From Flavobacteriales bacterium (GTDB lineage Bacteria; Bacteroidota; Bacteroidia; Flavobacteriales_D; CAJJDF01): a stretch of DNA of 44,886 bases. The stretch is taken from the NCBI GenBank assembly GCA_023255335.1, contig JALRIS010000093.1, positions 1 to 44,886 of the forward strand, written 5' to 3'. Position numbers and translations under genes: made by a program. Shown in pieces: positions 8,894 to 17,086 of the stretch; the stretch's first letter is position 1, and every line of letters starts with the position of its first letter. The notes under the pieces are model-generated. The model did not search any database, was not told the DNA's origin, and saw nothing but the letters and a program-made list of their open reading frames with translations.

Positions 8894-11188
8894 ATGATTA
8901 AAAAGCTATTATTCATCGTCTTTCTTTCTCTCTTTTCTTTGCTAGTTTCTGCTCAATGCGGATGTACCAAGATTGTTTTTATCGTGGATAATTCAGGGTC
9001 TATCTCAACAACGGAGTTTACAGATATGAAACTATCAATGGATTCTATAGCCACCCAATTGTTAAGGAATTATCCAGGATCTGAGATGTCAGTGATTCAA
9101 TATGCTTCTCAGGGATCAGCTAATCACCACTACAGCGTGTCTGTTCCTTTTACCTCAAACCCTGTTACTGCAAGAAACTGGTCTAGGGCATACGGAACTG
9201 GAGGAACAGTTGCTACTTATTTTCAAGACCACTTACCGGGTTCTATGTACCAAATGCGAGATGACTCAATTTGGAATGCTGGAGGTACTGTAGATTTGGT
9301 AACAGGTGGATGTAATATTCGAATGTTTTTATTTACAGATGCTTTAGCAGGAAGTACTGGGGCAGGTTGTTGTTCCCATTTAACCAGTGTTAGTACAACT
9401 GTTGCACCTTTAGCCTTAGCCGATTTTGGAGAATACAATCTCCACAAAACTACTTACCAATCGGAGTGGACCGTGTATCATGTTAATTCAGGAGTTGCAA
9501 ACAGAGCAGCGGGTGCCGCAATAGCCAGTAAAGGTGGGAGTTACACAGGTACCATTTCGCCAAACCCAGGAGATCCGCAAGGAGCTGGAGGTCCAAGAAA
9601 ATTATGGTGGTCTACTTCATTCGTTCTAACACAACCAGATATTGATACAGCCTTGGCAAACATTAATGCGGGTTCTTTTTCTGCTTCTTTTCCTACAGAT
9701 ACAATTTGTCTAGGTGATACAGCATATTTTACAAGTAATATAGTATTTCCAACTAGTGTTTTAAAATGGGATTTTGGAGATGGTACTGGCGACTCCTCAA
9801 ACACCTCGACTAAACACATTTATACTGCTGCCGGAACCTACAATGTAACCTTGATAGCATGGTCTGCTGATTCTTCTTGTAAAGATACTATTACGGAGCC
9901 AGTAGTCATTCATCCTCCTTTGATTCCCGATTTCTTGGCTGATACAGTGTGTGTAGGTACGGCTACAACCCTTACAAACACTACTTCGGGATTTATTAAT
10001 TCTCAAAAATGGTTCTTTGGCGATGGAGATAGTGCATTGACTCGCCCAGATGCATCGCATGTGTATGCTTTACCTGGAGTGTATCCGGTTACTTTGGTCG
10101 TAAATAGCTCCAATATTTGTTTCGATACAATCATAAAAAATGTGTTGGTAAACGATGTCCCTGCAGCCGATTTTACCATCAACAATGAGTGCCAATTCTT
10201 GGGTGTAACTCCTGTGAATACTACGACTGTAATTACTGCGAACCTGGCCAGTTTAACTCACACATGGGACTTCGGTGATGGAAGCCCTGTGATACCTGGA
10301 ACAAACCCAACCTATAATTATCCCAGTGATGGTTCTTACACTGTCAGACTAATTTCGGAAACACCTCAGGGCTGTGCAGACACTACTACTCAGCCAATAG
10401 TGATAAGTCCAAAACCTAGAGCTATTTTTACTGCTGACACTGCTTGTTTGAGACAAATAACCACTTTTACTGATTTATCAACTGTGCCCTCAGGAAGTGT
10501 AGTTGGATGGAACTGGACTTTCCCTGGAGGTTCAACTACTCAAAATCCAATTACAACGTATGCAAGTTCAGGAACTTTCCCGGTAACACTTACCGTTACA
10601 TCTGATTCTGGATGTATAGACGACACAACGGCTTTTGTCGTAGTAAGACCATTGCCGGTTCCTAATTTTACATTTTCGCCAAGCGAAATCCTAACTTTTA
10701 ATCCAAAAGTATGTTTTACCAATACTTCCTCTGGGGCAATAGGATATTTTTGGGATTTTGATTTTATCGGGCTAAACAACACTTCTATCCAAACCGATCC
10801 TTGTATCGTTGAGTTTCCTAATGAGTCGGAAGGTGTATATAATGTGAAATTAGTTGCCATTAATCAGTATGGTTGCAGAGATTCCATTTACAAAGAAGTG
10901 GTTGTAGAAGAAGGTTTTGTGTTTTATGCACCGAGTATTTTTACCCCAAATGATGACGGTAAAAATGACGTGTATCAAATATTTATGAGTGGAACTAAGG
11001 AGTTTCAGTTTATGGTATTTAACCGATGGGGTGAGCAAATTTTTTACACTCAAGACAGAAACGAAACTTGGGACGGAAAATACAAAGGCAAACTAGTGAA
11101 AAATGACGTGTATGTCTTTAAAGCCATTGTGACAACAGAAAGAAATGAGGTAAAAGAGTTTTACGGACATATCATGGTAGATTATTAA
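8894..11188 (+). CDS. T9SS cargo: N-terminal von Willebrand A domain, about five PKD domains, type B (gliding-motility-associated) C-terminal domain
   Basis: Signal peptide MIKKLLF...VSA|Q (ATG 8894 preferred over GTG 8870). MIDAS motif VFIVDNSGS with later FLFTDA. PKD motifs WDFGDG, WFFGDG, WDFGDG, WTFPGG, WDFD. CTD APSIFTPNDDGKND...VFNRWG...WDG.YKG...VYVF. Confidence 0.85.
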   Translation: MIKKLLFIVFLSLFSLLVSAQCGCTKIVFIVDNSGSISTTEFTDMKLSMDSIATQLLRNYPGSEMSVIQYASQGSANHHYSVSVPFTSNPVTARNWSRAYGTGGTVATYFQDHLPGSMYQMRDDSIWNAGGTVDLVTGGCNIRMFLFTDALAGSTGAGCCSHLTSVSTTVAPLALADFGEYNLHKTTYQSEWTVYHVNSGVANRAAGAAIASKGGSYTGTISPNPGDPQGAGGPRKLWWSTSFVLTQPDIDTALANINAGSFSASFPTDTICLGDTAYFTSNIVFPTSVLKWDFGDGTGDSSNTSTKHIYTAAGTYNVTLIAWSADSSCKDTITEPVVIHPPLIPDFLADTVCVGTATTLTNTTSGFINSQKWFFGDGDSALTRPDASHVYALPGVYPVTLVVNSSNICFDTIIKNVLVNDVPAADFTINNECQFLGVTPVNTTTVITANLASLTHTWDFGDGSPVIPGTNPTYNYPSDGSYTVRLISETPQGCADTTTQPIVISPKPRAIFTADTACLRQITTFTDLSTVPSGSVVGWNWTFPGGSTTQNPITTYASSGTFPVTLTVTSDSGCIDDTTAFVVVRPLPVPNFTFSPSEILTFNPKVCFTNTSSGAIGYFWDFDFIGLNNTSIQTDPCIVEFPNESEGVYNVKLVAINQYGCRDSIYKEVVVEEGFVFYAPSIFTPNDDGKNDVYQIFMSGTKEFQFMVFNRWGEQIFYTQDRNETWDGKYKGKLVKNDVYVFKAIVTTERNEVKEFYGHIMVDY

Positions 11189-11212
11189 ATTTTATAGTGC
11201 TTTATAGCTTTG

Positions 11213-11242
11213 AAACCCTCTTTTGATAAGGAGGGTTTTTTT
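11213..11242 (+). terminator. Intrinsic terminator
   Basis: Stem aaaccctctt/aggagggttt (one G.U pair) followed by a T tract, 24 bp after the stop at 11188. Confidence 0.75.
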
Positions 11243-11270
11243 ATTACCTTAGAGTAGTTAAAATAAGCTT

Positions 11271-12656
11271 ATGAAAAATAGTGTAATCTTCTTCCTTTTT
11301 CTGTTGATTGCGGGACAATCCTTGGCTCAAGACAGTCTCAATATGAGGGTTTTATTCAATTGGAAAGATCCAAGTTTGGCCAAAAGCTCTTTGTATGCCA
11401 ATGCGTATAACGAAGTATGGGGATATGCCAAAGATGGAAGGGAATACGCGATAATAGGCACCACCAGAGGAACTCATTTTTTTGACGTTACGAACCCTTC
11501 GGCTGCTATTCAAGTTGATTTCGTTCAAGGCAGAGATACGGGGAGAGCAATTGTACATAGAGATTACCATGATTACAACGGGTACTTGTATATGGTCTCT
11601 GATGAAGGAAATGCTTCGCTACAAATTGTGGATTTGTCTTATTTGCCAGATTCGGTAAGCGTGGTGTACGATCAAGATACAGCGATTAAGCTTTCGCACA
11701 ATATATTTATCGATTCTGCCACTGGAAAGCTGTACAACTGTGGTGGGGGGAATTCCAAAAAATTCGGTGTTTTTTCATTGGCGAATCCTTTGTCTCCTCA
11801 GCTTTTGTATCAGTGTGAAAATGACATTAGCTGGTGGGCAAGTACAGTAGGCACTGGTGGATACGTTCACGATGCTTTTGCCAGAAATGATACGGTTTTT
11901 TGTAATGCGGGTGATGGTCTTTATGTAGTTAATTTTTCGGCTACTCCAACATTGTTGGCAAGCCTTACTAGCTATCCTGATATTGGATATAACCATTCTG
12001 GATGGCTTTCGGAAGATGGAAAAACCTATGCCATGGGAGATGAAACCCACGGAAAAAAAATGAAGATTCTGGACGTGTCTAATTTATCTTCGATACAGTT
12101 TTTGGACACGGTTGGTGTAACGGGTGACAACAATGCGATTCTTCACAACCAAATAATTCGAGGAAATTATGTGTACGTAGCTTATTATTACAACGGAGTG
12201 TTTATTTATGATATTTCTTCACCATCAACCCCTGTGTTAGTTGGTTTTTATGATACTTCCAAGGAATTTAATTTTCGAAGTTTCAAAGGTGCTTGGGGCG
12301 TATACCCATTTTTACCCTCAGGAAATTTATTGGTTTCCGACATGCAAGAAGGATTGTTTGTGATGGATGTATCTCAAGCCGTAGTTAATTTGCCTGAACA
12401 GAAAAGTCAAAGATTTCAGGTCTTTCCCAATCCTGTACATGATCGCCTGAATATAGTTGGGATTCAAGAATTTTGGGGAGAGTACACCGTGACAGTTCAA
12501 GAGATAAGTGGAAAGATAATTTTGAATCAAAGAATTGAAAATAATTTCATGAAACTAAATACAATTTCTTTTCCTACCAAAATTCCCTCAGGGATGTATG
12601 TTGTAACTATTTTTAATAGTACTTTTGCACAGAGTATAAAAATTATAAAAAACTAA
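11271..12656 (+). CDS. T9SS cargo: LVIVD-repeat / choice-of-anchor-B-like beta-propeller with type A CTD
   Basis: Signal peptide ...SLA|Q. Motifs NEVWGY..DGREYAIIG, LQIVDLS, HSGWLSEDG, DETHG, AYY.NG..IYDIS.P..PVLVGFYDT, GAWGVYPFLPSG.LLVSD...GLFV. CTD VFPNPV...GMYVV...KIIK. Confidence 0.85.
   Translation: MKNSVIFFLFLLIAGQSLAQDSLNMRVLFNWKDPSLAKSSLYANAYNEVWGYAKDGREYAIIGTTRGTHFFDVTNPSAAIQVDFVQGRDTGRAIVHRDYHDYNGYLYMVSDEGNASLQIVDLSYLPDSVSVVYDQDTAIKLSHNIFIDSATGKLYNCGGGNSKKFGVFSLANPLSPQLLYQCENDISWWASTVGTGGYVHDAFARNDTVFCNAGDGLYVVNFSATPTLLASLTSYPDIGYNHSGWLSEDGKTYAMGDETHGKKMKILDVSNLSSIQFLDTVGVTGDNNAILHNQIIRGNYVYVAYYYNGVFIYDISSPSTPVLVGFYDTSKEFNFRSFKGAWGVYPFLPSGNLLVSDMQEGLFVMDVSQAVVNLPEQKSQRFQVFPNPVHDRLNIVGIQEFWGEYTVTVQEISGKIILNQRIENNFMKLNTISFPTKIPSGMYVVTIFNSTFAQSIKIIKN
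12620..12627 (+). promoter_or_regulatory. Bacteroidota -7 promoter element (TAnnTTTG) embedded in the upstream CDS; candidate gatB promoter
   Basis: TACTTTTG(CA) lies 31 nt upstream of the gatB start; the intergenic gap is only 2 nt. Confidence 0.5.
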
Positions 12657-12658
12657 TT

Positions 12659-14113
12659 TTGAGTACAATTTACGATAAATATGAAGCGGTAATTGGATTG
12701 GAGATTCATGCCCAGTTGCAAACCAACACAAAGGCTTATTCTTCTGATAAAAATGAATATGGGGCGACACCCAATACCAATGTGAGTGTGGTTACCTTGG
12801 GTCATCCAGGGACTTTACCTATGTACAACAAAACAGCAATAAATTTTGCCGTAAAAATGGGGCTAGCTTGTGACAGCAAAATCACCCAAGACATGATTTT
12901 TGCGAGAAAAAACTACTTTTATCCCGATTTACCCAAGGGATATCAGATTACTCAGGACGAAACACCGATTTGTACGGGAGGAAAAATTTTGATAAAAACG
13001 GAAGATGGACAAGACAAAGAAGTGGCTTTGACCAGAATTCATCTAGAGGAAGATGCGGGAAAAAGTATTCATGATTTAGACCCTTACAACACGTTGATTG
13101 ATTTGAATAGAGCGGGAGTACCATTGATTGAAATTGTGTCTGAACCAGAAATTAAATCACCTGTAGAAGCGTACAATTATGTAACGGAGGTAAGAAGGCT
13201 TGTGCGGTATTTGGAGATTTGTGATGGAAATATGGAGGAAGGAAGCCTGAGGTGTGATGCTAATGTCTCTGTGATGTTAAAAGGAGCAAAAAAATTCGGA
13301 AACAGAACCGAAGTAAAGAACATGAACTCGATGAGGAATGTTCAAAAAGCCATTGAGTTTGAAATCAAAAGACAAATAGACTTAATAGAGCAAGGAGAAA
13401 CAATTGTTACCGAAACAAGAAGTTTCAATGCAGTAAATGGTTCCACGGTTTCTATGAGAAGTAAAGAGGCGGCCAATGATTACAGATACTTTCCCGAGCC
13501 GGACTTGCAGCCTATCCAAGTAACTCAAGAGTATGTGGAAGGAGTAAAGAAACAGATGCCTCCTTTGCCTCATTTTCTTTTTAAGAAGTATACGCAAGAA
13601 TACGGATTGTCTGAATATGACGCAAATGTTTTGACGGATGACAAATCTATTGCCCTATATTTTGAAGAGGTAACAAAAAACACGACTAATTTTAAGTCCG
13701 CATCGAATTGGGTGACTGTAACAGTAAAATCTTACTTGAACGAAAAAGCGATTGAGATTAATGAGTTTCCTGTGTCTCCAAAACAAGTAGCGGATATAAT
13801 TGACTTGATTGATGCAGGTAAAATCAGTAACTCCATTGCCTCTCAAAAGATATTTCCAATGCTCATTGAATCTCCTTCCAAAACAGCACTTCAGATTGCT
13901 GAGGAAAACAATTTGATTCAGAACTCAAATGCAGATGAAATTACCGAATTAATAGAAAAAGCTTTGTCCAAATTTCCCGATAAGGTGGAAGAATACAAGG
14001 CGGGAAAAAAAGGACTTTTGGGGCTGTTCATGGGAGAAGTCATGAAGTTGTCGCAGGGAAAGGCAGACCCTAAAATGGCAAGTAAAAATTTAAAAGAGTT
14101 TTTAGAAAAATAA
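12659..14113 (+). CDS. gatB: Asp-tRNA(Asn)/Glu-tRNA(Gln) amidotransferase subunit B
   Basis: VIGLEIHAQL, RKNYFYPDLPKGYQITQ, HLEEDAGK, DLNRAGVPLIEIVSEP, EGSLRCDANVS, DYRYFPEPDL. TTG start. Confidence 0.96.
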   Translation: MSTIYDKYEAVIGLEIHAQLQTNTKAYSSDKNEYGATPNTNVSVVTLGHPGTLPMYNKTAINFAVKMGLACDSKITQDMIFARKNYFYPDLPKGYQITQDETPICTGGKILIKTEDGQDKEVALTRIHLEEDAGKSIHDLDPYNTLIDLNRAGVPLIEIVSEPEIKSPVEAYNYVTEVRRLVRYLEICDGNMEEGSLRCDANVSVMLKGAKKFGNRTEVKNMNSMRNVQKAIEFEIKRQIDLIEQGETIVTETRSFNAVNGSTVSMRSKEAANDYRYFPEPDLQPIQVTQEYVEGVKKQMPPLPHFLFKKYTQEYGLSEYDANVLTDDKSIALYFEEVTKNTTNFKSASNWVTVTVKSYLNEKAIEINEFPVSPKQVADIIDLIDAGKISNSIASQKIFPMLIESPSKTALQIAEENNLIQNSNADEITELIEKALSKFPDKVEEYKAGKKGLLGLFMGEVMKLSQGKADPKMASKNLKEFLEK

Positions 14114-14118
14114 CTAAG

Positions 14119-15261
14119 ATGAAAAAAATATTGATTGGATTTATAGTGCTAGCTGGAATGTGGAGTTGTGGAGAACAAGCAGCTCATTCTATTCAAGGAA
14201 CTATCGACATGGTAGGAATACAACCTACTCAGCAAATGTATCTTTATAAAATTGAAAATCAGGTTTTGGTACCTATTGACTCAGTAACGCTCAACGAAAA
14301 AGGTGAATTCAATTTAGGAATTAAAGCGCCTCAAGATGGAGTATTTCATTTCGGGACTACCGTAAGAAATACATTTCCTTTGGTGCTCAATGAAGAGGCT
14401 AAGGAGGTTACCATTCAAATCAATAACAATCAGCAGGTGTCAATGGATTATTCCATAGAAGGTTCCAAAGCTTCTGAAGAAATAGCATTGTTTGCCAAAG
14501 AGGTTTTTAAGATGATGAGCCTGAACCAAAGACTATCTGCTCAAGCTCAGCAGTTGGCGCCCACTGATTTTCAAGGGCAACAAACCATACAAAATGAATT
14601 TGCTGCTGCCTCTGAGAAATTTATCCAATTTAGAAACGATTATATCCAAAGAAACAAAAATTCAGAAGCTCTTATTGCGGTCATTGACCAAGTAAATCCA
14701 GAAACAGAATTGGAGTTATTGAAAGAGATTTCAGAAAACTTGTCCAACACGATGCCTAATTCACCTTATGCCAAAAATATCCAGAATTATCTGGTAAATA
14801 TGGAGCTTGAAAAGGAAAAGGAAGCAAAAAGAGATCAATTAATTGAAATTGGTAAGACTGCACCAGAATTAGATTTTCCAAACCCTGAAGGAAAGAACAT
14901 CAAATTGTCATCGCTCAGAGGAAAAGTTGTTCTTATTGATTTTTGGGCTTCGTGGTGTAAACCTTGCAGAGCAGAAAACCCCAATGTAGTTGATACTTAC
15001 AACAAATATAAAGACAAAGGTTTTGATGTGTATAGTTTTTCTCTTGATAAAGAAAAAGATGCCTGGGTAAAGGCAATTGAACAGGATGGTTTAATATGGA
15101 AAAATCACACGAGCGATTTGAAATTTTGGCAAACAGCCGCGATCGATTTGTATGGGTTTAATGGAATTCCTTTTACGGTACTGATCGATAGAGAAGGGAA
15201 AATTGTAGCGAAAGGATTAAGAGGTGCAGCACTAGAACAAAAACTAGTAGAGGTATTGTAA
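14119..15261 (+). CDS. TlpA-like thiol-disulfide oxidoreductase lipoprotein (N-terminal DUF4369-like region + AhpC/TSA fold)
   Basis: Lipobox-like GMWSC; LIDFWASWCKPCR; GIPFTVLID. Confidence 0.85.
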   Translation: MKKILIGFIVLAGMWSCGEQAAHSIQGTIDMVGIQPTQQMYLYKIENQVLVPIDSVTLNEKGEFNLGIKAPQDGVFHFGTTVRNTFPLVLNEEAKEVTIQINNNQQVSMDYSIEGSKASEEIALFAKEVFKMMSLNQRLSAQAQQLAPTDFQGQQTIQNEFAAASEKFIQFRNDYIQRNKNSEALIAVIDQVNPETELELLKEISENLSNTMPNSPYAKNIQNYLVNMELEKEKEAKRDQLIEIGKTAPELDFPNPEGKNIKLSSLRGKVVLIDFWASWCKPCRAENPNVVDTYNKYKDKGFDVYSFSLDKEKDAWVKAIEQDGLIWKNHTSDLKFWQTAAIDLYGFNGIPFTVLIDREGKIVAKGLRGAALEQKLVEVL

Positions 15262-15272
15262 AAGAAAGAATA

Positions 15273-16319
15273 ATGAACATGACAAGAACCACAATGAAAC
15301 TGCTTTTCTCCATCTTTTTACTTCTAAATTCGTATGTTGGGATCACCCAAACGAAGACCGAAATTATAGGTAAGATGAAGAATGGAAGAGGGAAAATGGT
15401 GTATCTCCTTCACGAAGAAAAGGGAAAAGTAGTAGCCGTTGATTCTGCGAAAGTAAATGTGTTTGGATCTTATAAATTGACTGCTGAGGTTGTTCTTACT
15501 GACTTTTATCAACTTACCACAGATAGGAAGGAAGGCATTCTGCTCTTATTGAAAGGGAAAGAAAAAGTGAAAATTAAATCAGGCGCTAGCCTAAAAGAAA
15601 AAAATTATCAGATTTCAGGATCAAAAGATAGTGAACTCATTCAAGAGTTTTTATCAGTGAAGTCAAACGAAAATGTTTCAAAAGATTCGTTGAAAGAATA
15701 CGCCAGCCAATTTGTAGAGAAAAATGCCTCTTCTTTGGCCGTGTTTGTTGCCTTGAACGAAACCAAAGACATAAAAAAAGCCCTGGAACAAGCCGAAAAA
15801 GGAATAGGAGAGACCTATCCAAATACCATGTTTCACAATTCACTAAAGACTGCTTTAGCTTCTATTTCTCCGGCTAATTCAACGAACAACAAGGCTGCGG
15901 TAGGACAACTCGCGCCTGAGGTAAATATGCCAAATCCCGATGGAAAAATTATCCCCATAGAATCTTTGAGAGGGAAAGTTGTATTGATTGATTTTTGGGC
16001 TTCTTGGTGTGGTCCCTGTCGGAGAGAAAACCCCAATGTAGTGAAGTTGTATCACAAATATAAAGACCAAGATTTTGAGGTGTACAGTGTGTCTTTGGAT
16101 AACAACAAAGGAAAATGGCTGCAGGCGATAGAAAAAGATCAACTGAGCTGGCCAAGTCATGTAAGCGATCTCAAAGGATGGGGATCTGCAGCAACCTCAA
16201 TTTATGGATTTAGAGGAATTCCTTATACCGTCTTGGTAGACAGGCAAGGAAAGATAATTCAAACCCGATTGAGAGGTGCGGCTCTGGAAAGAAAGTTGGC
16301 TGAAATTTTTGCTGAATAA
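15273..16319 (+). CDS. Second TlpA-like thiol-disulfide oxidoreductase (tandem paralog)
   Basis: LIDFWASWCGPCR; GIPYTVLVD. Sec-type signal with no lipobox Cys. The exact start among three ATGs is uncertain. Confidence 0.85.
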   Translation: MNMTRTTMKLLFSIFLLLNSYVGITQTKTEIIGKMKNGRGKMVYLLHEEKGKVVAVDSAKVNVFGSYKLTAEVVLTDFYQLTTDRKEGILLLLKGKEKVKIKSGASLKEKNYQISGSKDSELIQEFLSVKSNENVSKDSLKEYASQFVEKNASSLAVFVALNETKDIKKALEQAEKGIGETYPNTMFHNSLKTALASISPANSTNNKAAVGQLAPEVNMPNPDGKIIPIESLRGKVVLIDFWASWCGPCRRENPNVVKLYHKYKDQDFEVYSVSLDNNKGKWLQAIEKDQLSWPSHVSDLKGWGSAATSIYGFRGIPYTVLVDRQGKIIQTRLRGAALERKLAEIFAE

Positions 16320-17074
16320 TGCAACTAGACAAAGGAAAAAAAATATATTTTGCCTCAGATTTTCATCTTGGAGTACCTACTTATGAGAAAAGTAGGGAGC
16401 GAGAAAGAAAAATTGTTTCTTGGTTGAGCCAAGCTCAAAAAGATGCTGAAGTAATTTATTTGGTGGGAGATATTTTTGATATGTGGTTTGAATACAAGCA
16501 TGCCATTCCAAAATATTTTTCGAGATTTTTCGGGAAAATTGCAGAATTAACCGATGCCGGAATCCGAGTTGTGTTCTTTACGGGTAACCACGACATGTGG
16601 ATGTTTGATTACCTCACAAAAGAATTAGGGGTAGAAATCCTTACAGAAAAATTGGAAATCACCTACAATGACAAGTCGTTTTTAATTGCTCACGGAGACG
16701 GATTAGGTCCAGGCGACAAGGGATACAAATTAATCAAAGCGATTTTTAGAAATAAACTATGCCAATGGATGTTTGCTCGGCTTCATCCAAATTTTGGACT
16801 AGGAATCGCCAATTTTTTTTCCCGATCGAGCAGAAAACACTCTGTAAATGATGATAAGTTTTTGGGAGAGGAGAACGAATGGCTGATTACCTACTCAAAA
16901 GAAGTGTTAAAGCACAAATCAGTGGATTATTTTGTGTTCGGCCATCGTCATCATCCTATTGTATTTCCCTTGTCAGAAACGAGTACCTATATCAATTTGG
17001 GCGAATGGATTTCTCAATATAATTACCTCGTGTTTGATGGAGAAGACTGCGAGCTAATCCCTTATTCTCAATAA
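16319..17074 (+). CDS. lpxH: UDP-2,3-diacylglucosamine diphosphatase (calcineurin-like metallophosphoesterase)
   Basis: SDFHLG, GDIFDMW, GNHD, AHGDG, FGHRH, NLGEW. TAATG overlap with the upstream gene. Confidence 0.88.
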   Translation: MQLDKGKKIYFASDFHLGVPTYEKSRERERKIVSWLSQAQKDAEVIYLVGDIFDMWFEYKHAIPKYFSRFFGKIAELTDAGIRVVFFTGNHDMWMFDYLTKELGVEILTEKLEITYNDKSFLIAHGDGLGPGDKGYKLIKAIFRNKLCQWMFARLHPNFGLGIANFFSRSSRKHSVNDDKFLGEENEWLITYSKEVLKHKSVDYFVFGHRHHPIVFPLSETSTYINLGEWISQYNYLVFDGEDCELIPYSQ

Positions 17075-17086
17075 TTAATTCCTTCG

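Noticed and set aside
11205-11212. TAGCTTTG just before the terminator at 11213
   Set aside because: It would start transcription inside the hairpin and has no clear -33 element, so it cannot be distinguished from chance.
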